A stretch of DNA of 32,393 bases from the NCBI GenBank assembly GCA_964368975.1, contig CAYJDP010000002.1:2039-34431 (forward strand), in the 5' to 3' direction. Positions 1-7,920 of the stretch are shown in pieces (position 1 is the first letter of the stretch; every line of letters starts with the position of its first letter). The notes below the pieces were generated by a model. It searched no databases. It was given only the letters and a program-made list of their open reading frames with translations, and was not told the DNA's origin. This stretch comes from an uncultured Muribaculaceae bacterium (GTDB lineage Bacteria; Bacillota_I; Bacilli_A; RF39; UBA660). The position numbers were made by a program, and so were the translations under genes.

Positions 1-1901
1 GGTTTGGATTTATATTTTTATCTAATTTTGTTAAAGAAAAAATTAAAATAACTAGTACAGTAGTTAGTTATTTTGTATTAGGATTATTATTTTTATTATT
101 TTCATTTATAGCTATTTCTTCTTTTGAAGTATTTGGTTCTTGGTTTAGCTTAAATGGTGCTGGTAAATACTTATATAGAAGTATTTTATGTTATATAGGG
201 GCTTTATTAATATGGGTTGCTTATAAAAGGTTTAATAAAGAATATTTGTTATACTTTGGTGGTATATTAAAGTTAAGTATGCTTGCATATTTAATTGTAT
301 TCTTTAATTTAAGAGATTTCTTGTGGTTAATATTATTATTAGTTACTGGATTTGGATTGTTTTTAAACGATAAAGGAAATACTTATATCAAGGTATATTA
401 TAATCTTTCTAAAATTACTTTTTTGATTACAAGTAGTTTAGTTTTTATTAATAATTTTATTTTAAGTGCAGGAGATATTTATTCAATTACATTTACTAAT
501 AAAATTGTTTCAATTATATCTGTTTTATTTATATTTATATTTTATTTTTATAATTATCATAGAAATAAGAATATTTTATCTAAAATAGCATTTCCTTTAA
601 GTAATATTATTAGTATTGTTTCAGTTATTGGTTTATTTAATTTATTAGGTTCTATTAATATAATTGTATTAACTATATTAGGTTTATTTACTTATGGTAT
701 AGGGGTATTACTTGGTGATAAAAAATTATTATTTATTAGTTCTATTATTAGTAACTCTTTCTTATTTTTTGTATTTATATTTTCATTTAATTATTTTTAT
801 ACACCTTTGATAGTTACTAGTGTTTTGTTATTTATTAATTTGTTTAGTTTATATTCTTTAAGTACTAATAAGTATGAAGTTTGGTTACAACCAATTAAAT
901 TAGTTTTTTTAATTAGTAGTATTGTTCATTTTATTAGTTTAGTTAATTATAAATTTATGATTATTTATATTTTAAGTAGTGTTATATTTATATGTATGTA
1001 TTTACTTAATAAAAATAAAACTATTAGAGCAGTCTATTTATTTACTGGTTTAGTGGCTTTACTTTTATCTAATTTTTTAACAAATGTGGATGATTTTGCT
1101 ATATTATTTAGGTTATGTATTTTAGTTATTAATATTAGTTATGTATATATATTAAGAAATAGTATAGATAAAGTGTTTATTATTGCGAAAGAATTAAGTT
1201 ATTTATTATTGTATGTAGTTATTTATGCTGTATTAGACTGTGTTAGTATGAATTTTGCTAGTAATATGGTTTCTTATATTTTACTTCTTAGTTCTTACTT
1301 AGGGTTATTATTAATTTATAATAAGAATAAATTATATAATATGATTGGTTCTCTAGTATTAGTAATTCCTTTATTTAGTTTAGTTAATACAATTGGGTTT
1401 TCTTTTGAATTTGATTTAATATTTAATAGTTTAATTTTATTATATGGACTATATATTATTAATAGATTATTTATTAATAATATGAGAGTTAGAAATATTT
1501 TATATACTATCGGTATTTCTTTGATTTATTTACCTATATTATTTAATGGGTCAATTGTAGTAGTTATATTTATTGCTATTAGTGCATTAATATTTATATT
1601 TATTGGATATTATAATAAGTATTATAATTACTTATATACTTTAGGCATTTTTATTACTATATTTAATTTGTTAGTCAGTTTAGGTAATTTATGGGATAGT
1701 ATATCTATTTGGATTTATTTATTAATATTTGGATTAGGTATTATGGTATTTGGTACTTATAAGTTAATGAGATTAGATAAGAATAAATTATTAGATAAAC
1801 AAGATGATGCTTTAGTATTAGCATTTAGGCTTGATGGTATTTTACTATTAAAGTCAATTTTATATTCATGTTTAATTATTATTTTAGTGTTGATGGTGTA
1901 G
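1..1901 (+). CDS. Large polytopic membrane protein of unknown function (5'-partial, enters from the left edge)
   Basis: Frame 3 has no stop codon from base 3 to the TAG at 1899-1901. The TTG at 246 in the ORF track is therefore only the first start-like codon, not the real start. The translation is almost entirely hydrophobic helices (well over a dozen) joined by short K/N/Y-rich loops. No catalytic motif recognised. Confidence 0.75.
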   Translation, partial: FGFIFLSNFVKEKIKITSTVVSYFVLGLLFLLFSFIAISSFEVFGSWFSLNGAGKYLYRSILCYIGALLIWVAYKRFNKEYLLYFGGILKLSMLAYLIVFFNLRDFLWLILLLVTGFGLFLNDKGNTYIKVYYNLSKITFLITSSLVFINNFILSAGDIYSITFTNKIVSIISVLFIFIFYFYNYHRNKNILSKIAFPLSNIISIVSVIGLFNLLGSINIIVLTILGLFTYGIGVLLGDKKLLFISSIISNSFLFFVFIFSFNYFYTPLIVTSVLLFINLFSLYSLSTNKYEVWLQPIKLVFLISSIVHFISLVNYKFMIIYILSSVIFICMYLLNKNKTIRAVYLFTGLVALLLSNFLTNVDDFAILFRLCILVINISYVYILRNSIDKVFIIAKELSYLLLYVVIYAVLDCVSMNFASNMVSYILLLSSYLGLLLIYNKNKLYNMIGSLVLVIPLFSLVNTIGFSFEFDLIFNSLILLYGLYIINRLFINNMRVRNILYTIGISLIYLPILFNGSIVVVIFIAISALIFIFIGYYNKYYNYLYTLGIFITIFNLLVSLGNLWDSISIWIYLLIFGLGIMVFGTYKLMRLDKNKLLDKQDDALVLAFRLDGILLLKSILYSCLIIILVLMV

Positions 1902-1910
1902 GAGGTATTT

Positions 1911-2699
1911 ATGTATTGTGCTTATTGTGGTAATTTATTAAAAGAAGATGATACTTTTTGTGGTTCTTGTGGTAGAAAACGTATTACTCCTAATGAAATA
2001 AAGAAAAAGAAAATTATAATATTAGAAGATTCTACTAATAAAGATAATTCTGTGTTATTGAGTAATATTGGGATTGTGTTATTAACTTTAACTTCACTTG
2101 TTGTTTTAATAGTAGTATTATTTGGTACTTATGATTTGAATGATTATATTTCTAATCAGTATAGAAACATTAGAGATTATAAGAATATATCTCTTAGTGG
2201 TATTAATAAATATAATGGAGATATCTATTTAGAAGATTTTGGTATTTCTGATATTAATGATAGTTATGATTATATGTATATTAATGGTGATTATACTAAG
2301 CTTGATACTATTGAAGGATATAGTAATCCTTATAATAATTTATATGATCAAGATAAGTTTGTATTGGGATTTGATAATAATGAATTGATTTTTACAAATA
2401 TTTCTATGGTTTTTGTAGGAAGTGATTCTTTATATAAAAATATTATAAATGAATTAGAGATTGTCGGAGAAAGTTTTTCTATTGATAAGATAGATGAGAA
2501 TATTCTTAAAGAAGCTTATGATGATACATATAAAATTTATTTAGATAATGGTTATTACGTAGAAAGTGAAGAATATAAATATTCTAGTGAAGAATATAAT
2601 TATTTTCTTACAGTTACTATTACTAAAGAAATAGTTAATTTTGATGATATTGATAATATAGATTTATATAAGATTAATTTAGTTCAAATAAAAAAATAA
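1911..2699 (+). CDS. Zinc-ribbon membrane protein (N-terminal CxxC-x12-CxxC, one TM helix, extracytoplasmic D/Y/N-rich domain)
   Basis: AGGAGG lies 6 nt upstream of the ATG, 9 nt after the previous stop. The N-terminus MYCAYCGNLLKEDDTFCGSCG is a classic zinc ribbon. The TM helix is LLSNIGIVLLTLTSLVVLIVVLF. The remainder has no recognisable family. Confidence 0.8.
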   Translation: MYCAYCGNLLKEDDTFCGSCGRKRITPNEIKKKKIIILEDSTNKDNSVLLSNIGIVLLTLTSLVVLIVVLFGTYDLNDYISNQYRNIRDYKNISLSGINKYNGDIYLEDFGISDINDSYDYMYINGDYTKLDTIEGYSNPYNNLYDQDKFVLGFDNNELIFTNISMVFVGSDSLYKNIINELEIVGESFSIDKIDENILKEAYDDTYKIYLDNGYYVESEEYKYSSEEYNYFLTVTITKEIVNFDDIDNIDLYKINLVQIKK

Positions 2700-2750
2700 A
2701 TTTTGAATAATAGTATTATATTTGGATATAATATTGTTAGGAGGGAATTT

Positions 2751-2951
2751 ATGGAAACATTACAAAAGATTGCGTTAGTAGTTACTATTATTGGTGCTAT
2801 TAATTGGGGATTTGTAGGAATACTTGATTTTAATTTAGTAGATACAATTTTTGGAGTAGGTAGTGTGTTTAGTAGAATTATTTATTCTTTAGTTGGTATT
2901 ACTGGATTAATTAATATAGGTATATTATTTAATAAATTAGAATCTATGTAA
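2751..2951 (+). CDS. DUF378-family small membrane protein
   Basis: METLQKIALVVTIIGAINWGFVGILDFNLV... matches my memory of the DUF378 signature (IGAxNWG). AGGAGGG lies 7 nt upstream of the ATG at 2751. The track start at 2703 is a TTG with no RBS. Confidence 0.8.
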   Translation: METLQKIALVVTIIGAINWGFVGILDFNLVDTIFGVGSVFSRIIYSLVGITGLINIGILFNKLESM

Positions 2952-2952
2952 A

Positions 2953-2979
2953 AGACTTAACTTATGTTAAGTTTTTTTA
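2953..2979 (+). terminator. Rho-independent terminator
   Basis: Stem ACTTAAC (2955-2961) pairs with GTTAAGT (2966-2972), loop TTAT, then a T-run. Confidence 0.65.
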
Positions 2980-3022
2980 TTATATAAAAAAAGGGTTATT
3001 ATCTATTCTTTAGAATAGGTGG

Positions 3023-3051
3023 TTGCTAAAATCAGAAAAAAATGTTATCAT
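3023..3051 (+). promoter_or_regulatory. Sigma-A-type promoter of the cdaA operon
   Basis: TTGCTA (3023-3028), 17 nt spacer, TATCAT (3046-3051) preceded by TG (extended -10). It lies inside the track ORF 3019..3258, which argues for a downstream start. Confidence 0.55.
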
Positions 3052-3066
3052 ATTAGGAGAATAGAG

Positions 3067-3258
3067 GTGGAAATTGTGGAAATATTTATTACATTTTTTC
3101 GAGATATATTGGATGGTCCTTTATATATAGTTATTGTTGTAGTTTTTTCCATTTTAATTGCATCTTCTATTGGTTATTTGGGTGAGAGATACTTAGATAA
3201 TAAGAAAAAGAAACAATTTATTAAAAATACTTATGTAGAAGTTAATAATAAGAAATAA
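3067..3258 (+). CDS. Small single-pass membrane protein, unknown function, first gene of the cdaA operon
   Basis: GTG at 3067 is preceded by AGGAGA (3055-3060). The GTG at 3076 is an alternative start. One hydrophobic helix (LYIVIVVVFSILIASSIGYL) and a basic tail. It ends 19 nt before cdaA. Confidence 0.55.
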   Translation: MEIVEIFITFFRDILDGPLYIVIVVVFSILIASSIGYLGERYLDNKKKKQFIKNTYVEVNNKK

Positions 3259-3277
3259 TTAATGTTAGGAGAAAAGT

Positions 3278-4105
3278 ATGAATATTACATTTACAGATAT
3301 AGTTACTGTATTAAGAGATATTGCGGATATTTTGTTAGTATGGTTAATAATTTATTTTATATTAAAAAACATTAAAAATAATGTTAAATTATCTTTAATA
3401 TTTAAAGGGGTTGCGATAGTAGTTTTATTAAAAGTTGTTAGTGATTTCTTTGGGTTTACTACAATTGGAGTTTTATTAGAATATGTTATTCAATGGGGAC
3501 CTATTGCTTTAATTGTAATATTTCAACCAGAGATTAGATCTATTCTTGAACAACTTGGAAGAAGTCAATTACTTGGAAGACATAAAGTTTTAAGTGTTGA
3601 TGAGAGAGAGAGAGTTGTTTATGAGTTAGTAGGTGCAATTGATTATCTTCGTAAAGAGAAGATTGGTGCTTTAATTGTTTTAGAGAGAGATGTTAGTTTA
3701 ATGGATTACATTAATAAGTCTAAGAAGTTATATGCTAATTTAAGTAGTGACTTGTTAATTTCTATTTTTTACAATGGTAATCCTTTACATGATGGTGGTG
3801 TTATAATACAAGGTAATACTATTACTTGTGCGGGAGCTGTTTTTCCAACAAGTGATAGCTCTAAATTAAATAAACGATTAGGTACTAGACATAGAGCGGC
3901 ATTAGGGTTAGCTGAAGAAACTGATGCTATATGTTTAGTTGTATCTGAAGAAACTGGTAGAATTTCGGTTTCTGTATCAGGTGAGTTATTATATAACTTA
4001 ACTATTGATGATGTTAGAATGTTATTAATAGATGAGTTAAGACCTAAGAGAGAAATAGATTTAGATGAAGTGGAAGAGGAAGAAATTTATGAAGAAAATA
4101 ATTAA
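3278..4105 (+). CDS. cdaA: Diadenylate cyclase CdaA (DisA_N/DAC domain, three N-terminal TM helices)
   Basis: Hallmark DAC motifs are present: HDGGVII and GTRHRAALG, with SEETG downstream. The N-terminal TM segments and the size (275 aa) are typical of CdaA/DacA. Confidence 0.95.
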   Translation: MNITFTDIVTVLRDIADILLVWLIIYFILKNIKNNVKLSLIFKGVAIVVLLKVVSDFFGFTTIGVLLEYVIQWGPIALIVIFQPEIRSILEQLGRSQLLGRHKVLSVDERERVVYELVGAIDYLRKEKIGALIVLERDVSLMDYINKSKKLYANLSSDLLISIFYNGNPLHDGGVIIQGNTITCAGAVFPTSDSSKLNKRLGTRHRAALGLAEETDAICLVVSEETGRISVSVSGELLYNLTIDDVRMLLIDELRPKREIDLDEVEEEEIYEENN

Positions 4106-5444
4106 AATATTTATGAAAATTATTCGGCTAATTGGTAATTTCTTTGATAAATGGTTAATTACTCCTATTACTAAATTTATTTTAAATTTCATGAGATTAA
4201 TAAAAGGTAATAATAGAAGTTTTGAATCTTTGTTGAAAAAGAAATCTACTATGATAATTACAAGTTTAATACTTGCATTTGGTATTTTTGTAGTAATAGA
4301 TCAAGAATCTAATATTATAATAGATCAATATGCAGAAATTTTATATAATCAACCGGTTACTGCGTATTATAATGAAGAAAAATATGTTGTAGAGGGTTTA
4401 CCTGATGAAGTAGATATTACTTTAATTGGAGATAGAACTCATATATTTTTAGCTAAGCAGGCTCCTTCTAAAGGTGTATCTGTTGATTTAAATGATTTGG
4501 GTGAAGGAAATCATTCTGTTACTTTAAAATATAATCAGAGACTAGAATCAGTTGAATATAAGTTGGATCCTTCAACTGTTACTGTTACAATTTATGAAAA
4601 AGTTAGTGAGACTATTAGTTTGGATTATGATATCTTAAATCAATCTAAATTAGATTCTAAATTATATATTAATAATGTTAAACTTGATAGAAGTGATGTA
4701 ATTATAAAGGGTGCAGAATATAAATTAGATCAAGTTGCTACTGTTAAAGCTTTAGTTGATGTATTAGAAATTGCTAATGCTGATGAAGGAGAAGTAGAAT
4801 TAAAAGATATTCCTTTAGTTGCATATGATACTAATGGAGAAGTTATTGATGTGGAAATTGTTCCTAATTCAATAAATGCAACTGTAGAAATAACGTCACC
4901 TAATAAAACAGTTCCTGTTAGAATTGTTCCAGTTGGAGATGTTGCTTTTGGTAAATCTATTAAAGAAATTACTACTAGTGTGGATAGTGTTGTAATATAT
5001 GGAGAACAAGAAGCTGTTGATAATTTAGATGAGTTAGAGATTGAAATTGATGTAGATGGTCTTGCTGAAAATAAGAATTATAATGTAACAATTAAGAATC
5101 CTAGTGGTATTACTGATGTATCTAGCAAAAGTATTAGTGTATCTATTATTATGGATGACTCTATTACTAGAGAGTTTGATAATATATCTATAGGTACAGA
5201 GAATTTAGATGATAATTATAAAGTACAAGCATTATCTAAAGAAGATAGTTTAATTACAGTTGTTGTTAGTGGTAGTGAATCTAATGTTAATCTATTAGAT
5301 CCTACATCAATAAAAGCGTATCTTGATTTAGAAGGTTATGGAGTAGGTGAATATGAAGTTCCAGTAATTGTATCTGGTGATGATTTAAAATTAACTTATA
5401 CTTCTAAAACTACAAAAGTTAAAGTACGTATTTCTGAAAAGTAG
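4089..5444 (+). CDS. cdaR: CdaA regulator CdaR (YbbR-like repeat protein)
   Basis: It overlaps the cdaA 3' end (ATG at 4089; the in-frame ATG at 4065 is also possible). N-terminal TM anchor followed by about four beta-rich repeats (V-x-V-x-P-x-x-V type) typical of YbbR domains. The position after cdaA is the canonical one. Confidence 0.85.
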   Translation: MKKIIKIFMKIIRLIGNFFDKWLITPITKFILNFMRLIKGNNRSFESLLKKKSTMIITSLILAFGIFVVIDQESNIIIDQYAEILYNQPVTAYYNEEKYVVEGLPDEVDITLIGDRTHIFLAKQAPSKGVSVDLNDLGEGNHSVTLKYNQRLESVEYKLDPSTVTVTIYEKVSETISLDYDILNQSKLDSKLYINNVKLDRSDVIIKGAEYKLDQVATVKALVDVLEIANADEGEVELKDIPLVAYDTNGEVIDVEIVPNSINATVEITSPNKTVPVRIVPVGDVAFGKSIKEITTSVDSVVIYGEQEAVDNLDELEIEIDVDGLAENKNYNVTIKNPSGITDVSSKSISVSIIMDDSITREFDNISIGTENLDDNYKVQALSKEDSLITVVVSGSESNVNLLDPTSIKAYLDLEGYGVGEYEVPVIVSGDDLKLTYTSKTTKVKVRISEK

Positions 5445-5463
5445 ATTTTTCTACTTTTTTTTA
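5437..5463 (+). terminator. Rho-independent terminator (AT-rich stem)
   Basis: AAAAGTAG (5437-5444) pairs with CTACTTTT (5451-5458), followed by a T-run. The stem is weak but is placed directly at the cdaR stop. Confidence 0.5.
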
Positions 5464-5491
5464 TGTAAATTGATTTTTTTTGTATAGACAA

Positions 5492-5519
5492 TTGACATAT
5501 GGGTATGCTATACTTTAAT
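5492..5519 (+). promoter_or_regulatory. Promoter of the TasA-like fibre operon
   Basis: TTGACA (5492-5497), 16 nt spacer, TTTAAT (5514-5519). An overlapping extended -10, TGcTATACT (5506-5514), is an alternative. Both lie inside the track's N-terminal extension (5499), which supports the ATG at 5538. Confidence 0.5.
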
Positions 5520-5537
5520 AGTAAAGGTAGTGATTAT

Positions 5538-6110
5538 ATGCGTGAGAATACATTAAAGTTTATATTGATAGTTTCAATACTATGTTCGGTGTTTGCTATT
5601 AGTGTATCCTATGCAACATTTTCAGCGTTACTAGTAATTGATGGAACTGCAACAGTTGCCAGTAAAAACTGGAGTATTTATTTTAGTAACTTAGATAGTA
5701 CTAGAATATTTGGTAATGCTGTTGAAGTGGTTAGACCATCTTTTAATAGTGATTCTACAATGTTAAATAATTTTGATGTTGAGTTTTATGCTATGAATGA
5801 TGCTGTTGAATATGAATTTGATGTTGTTAATTCAGGTTCATTTGATGCAATTATTACTACTTTAGATAAATCTACTCCAACTTGTGTTGGTTCTGGTGTT
5901 AATCAGATTGTAGATGAAAATTATGTGTGTAGTCATATAGATTATAGATTATCATATACTGATGGAACTATTGTTGATGTTAATGATACTTTAAATGCAG
6001 GAGAAACTAAAACTGTTATTTTAAGAGTAAGTTATACAGGTAATAATACTCCAACGAATCCAGTAGATATTACTAATCTTAATTTATCTGTGATATATAC
6101 ACAAAATTAA
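5538..6110 (+). CDS. TasA/camelysin/BsaA-like secreted protein with SipW-type signal peptide, paralog 1 (AT-rich copy)
   Basis: N-terminus is basic, then a hydrophobic helix, then SYATFSALLVIDGTATV, resembling the A-A-F-x motif at the TasA cleavage region. Downstream YEFDVVNSGSFDAII resembles the TasA-family PGD...F.(V)xNxGS(L/F)DA block. SD-like AAAGGTAGTGAT lies upstream of the ATG at 5538. Confidence 0.7.
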   Translation: MRENTLKFILIVSILCSVFAISVSYATFSALLVIDGTATVASKNWSIYFSNLDSTRIFGNAVEVVRPSFNSDSTMLNNFDVEFYAMNDAVEYEFDVVNSGSFDAIITTLDKSTPTCVGSGVNQIVDENYVCSHIDYRLSYTDGTIVDVNDTLNAGETKTVILRVSYTGNNTPTNPVDITNLNLSVIYTQN

Positions 6111-6134
6111 ATTCAAAATTTGAGAGGAGATTTT

Positions 6135-6737
6135 ATGAAATCAGAAAAACAAGTAAAAGTTTTAGCAATAGTTGCAATTTTAATTGCAGTGGTAGGATTA
6201 TCTTTAGGGTTTGCTGCATTCTCTGAAACGTTACAAATTAACGGGACTGGGGAAGTTTCAGCTGCTAATTGGGATATTCATTTTGAAAATTTAGCTGCAG
6301 GTGTTACTTCTGGTACAGCTGTTGAAGTTACTGCTCCAGCGATTGATGGAACTACTACAGTAATTGAAGATTATTCAGTAAGATTCCAAACTCCAGGCGA
6401 TTCTATTAGTTATAGTTTTGATGTTGTAAATGGTGGATCTTTTGATGCTGAAATTACATCTTTATCAGAGTTAGCTACTATTCCAGTTTGTACTGGTGTT
6501 AATGCTACTACTGGATTAGTAGATGGTACTAACGTTTGTGATAACTTAGTTTATACATTAACTTATGCTGATTTAACTCCAGTTGCAGTTACTGATACAT
6601 TAGCATCAGGGGCAACTGCAAGTATGGTTTTAACACTTACTTATACAGGTGCTGTTGTTACTGATCCTTCGTTACTACCAGCAGATACTGTTAATATTAC
6701 AGGTCTTGGTGTAACAATGGTTTATACTCAAGATTAA
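6135..6737 (+). CDS. TasA/camelysin/BsaA-like secreted protein with SipW-type signal peptide, paralog 2 (likely major subunit)
   Basis: GAGGAG lies 7 nt before the ATG at 6135. It contains LGFAAFSETLQINGTGEV and PGDSISYSFDVVNGGSFDAEI. It is collinear with paralog 1, including two conserved Cys and the C-terminal VYTQ(N/D). It is visibly richer in GCT/GCA/GGT/ACT codons than its neighbours. Confidence 0.75.
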   Translation: MKSEKQVKVLAIVAILIAVVGLSLGFAAFSETLQINGTGEVSAANWDIHFENLAAGVTSGTAVEVTAPAIDGTTTVIEDYSVRFQTPGDSISYSFDVVNGGSFDAEITSLSELATIPVCTGVNATTGLVDGTNVCDNLVYTLTYADLTPVAVTDTLASGATASMVLTLTYTGAVVTDPSLLPADTVNITGLGVTMVYTQD

Positions 6738-6776
6738 TATTTATATTTATAGGGAAAAATATTTGGAGGCGCTATT

Positions 6777-7901
6777 ATGAAGACTAGTCATATTAAATTG
6801 ATATTAATAGAAGTAGTTTTAGTTGTACTGGTTCTTTTGAATATTTTTTTCTCTATAATTACTAATGTATTTTTAGTTAATATTATTTTAGCTTTATTTT
6901 GTGGTTTAATAATTTTTTTATTAGGATTTGAAAAGGAACGAGGTCGTTATAAAACGGATATGATTATGTCTGTTGTTATAGTAACTTTTATTTTTCAAAT
7001 TATATATTTTGTTTCAGGTCTTATTTTTGGATATTTAAAAAGTGGATATAGTTTAGAATTTGTTGATATAATAATGAATATACTACCATTATTAATTACT
7101 ATTTTTGTGTGTGAAGTTTTTAGATATTCAATTAATAGAAAAGGGGATAACTCTGTAATAGTATTGATTTTATCAGTTGTATTATTTACATTGATAGATA
7201 TTATGTTACAGATTATTATTATAGGTAATATTTCTAAAGTTAATTTATTTGATTTAGTTGGTAATGTTATATTTTTTAGTGTATCTAAAAATATTTTATT
7301 GACTTATATGACTACTAAAATTGGATATTCTCCAGCTATAGTTTTTAGATTAATTATGGAACTACCTATTTATATTTTACCGATTATTCCTAATATTAAT
7401 GAGTATTTTGATACTGTAATTATGTTTATATTTCCTTTTATAGTGTTATATATATTTAATAAAACTTATACTAAGATAAAAAAAGAAGTTGTAGTTTCTA
7501 GGAAGAAATATAAGTTCGCCTCTTATATAATGATTTTATTAATTATTTTTATAGTATTTTTTACAAGTGGGGTTTTTAGATTTTATGCTTTAAGTATAGG
7601 ATCAGGTTCTATGGAACCAAATATAGATACTGGAGATATTGTTATCGTTGATAAAGGTATTTCTATAGATTCAATTAAAGAGGGAGACGTTTTAGTCTAT
7701 AATAAATTTAATAAGGTTGTTGTTCATAGGGTTATTGAAGTAGTTGATAATGGTAAAGATATTATTTTTTATACTAAAGGAGATAACAATGATGAAGATG
7801 ATAATTATGTAGTTGTTGAAGATGAAGTAATTGGTAAGACTTTATTTAGAGTTAGATTTTTAGGTTATCCAACTTTATGGTTTAATGAAATTCTTACTTA
7901 G
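6777..7901 (+). CDS. Type I signal peptidase (S26, ER/archaeal/SipW-type Ser-His) fused to a roughly 255 aa N-terminal polytopic membrane domain
   Basis: The C-terminal roughly 115 aa carry GSGSMEP (Ser278, codon 7608-7610), VVVHRV (His317, codon 7725-7727) and TKGDNN, the SipW/Sec11-type boxes. The N-terminal 255 aa form about 7-8 hydrophobic helices with no recognised motif. GGAGG RBS is present. Confidence 0.8.
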   Translation: MKTSHIKLILIEVVLVVLVLLNIFFSIITNVFLVNIILALFCGLIIFLLGFEKERGRYKTDMIMSVVIVTFIFQIIYFVSGLIFGYLKSGYSLEFVDIIMNILPLLITIFVCEVFRYSINRKGDNSVIVLILSVVLFTLIDIMLQIIIIGNISKVNLFDLVGNVIFFSVSKNILLTYMTTKIGYSPAIVFRLIMELPIYILPIIPNINEYFDTVIMFIFPFIVLYIFNKTYTKIKKEVVVSRKKYKFASYIMILLIIFIVFFTSGVFRFYALSIGSGSMEPNIDTGDIVIVDKGISIDSIKEGDVLVYNKFNKVVVHRVIEVVDNGKDIIFYTKGDNNDEDDNYVVVEDEVIGKTLFRVRFLGYPTLWFNEILT

Positions 7902-7920
7902 ATAGTTTGGGGTGATAAGA

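Noticed and set aside
3003-3018. The inverted repeat CTATTC-TTTA-GAATAG just upstream of the cdaA operon -35 box
   Set aside because: It is a short 6 bp AT-rich palindrome without a T-run, so it is not a terminator. It could be an operator, but such palindromes are common by chance in sequence this AT-rich, and there is nothing to tie it to a regulator.
7080-7140. A CEVFRYS segment in the N-terminal domain of the fused signal peptidase, resembling the EExxxR motif of CPBP/Abi intramembrane proteases
   Set aside because: Only one Glu is present, and the downstream FxxxH and HxxxN motifs are absent; the domain has almost no His. The resemblance is probably coincidental.
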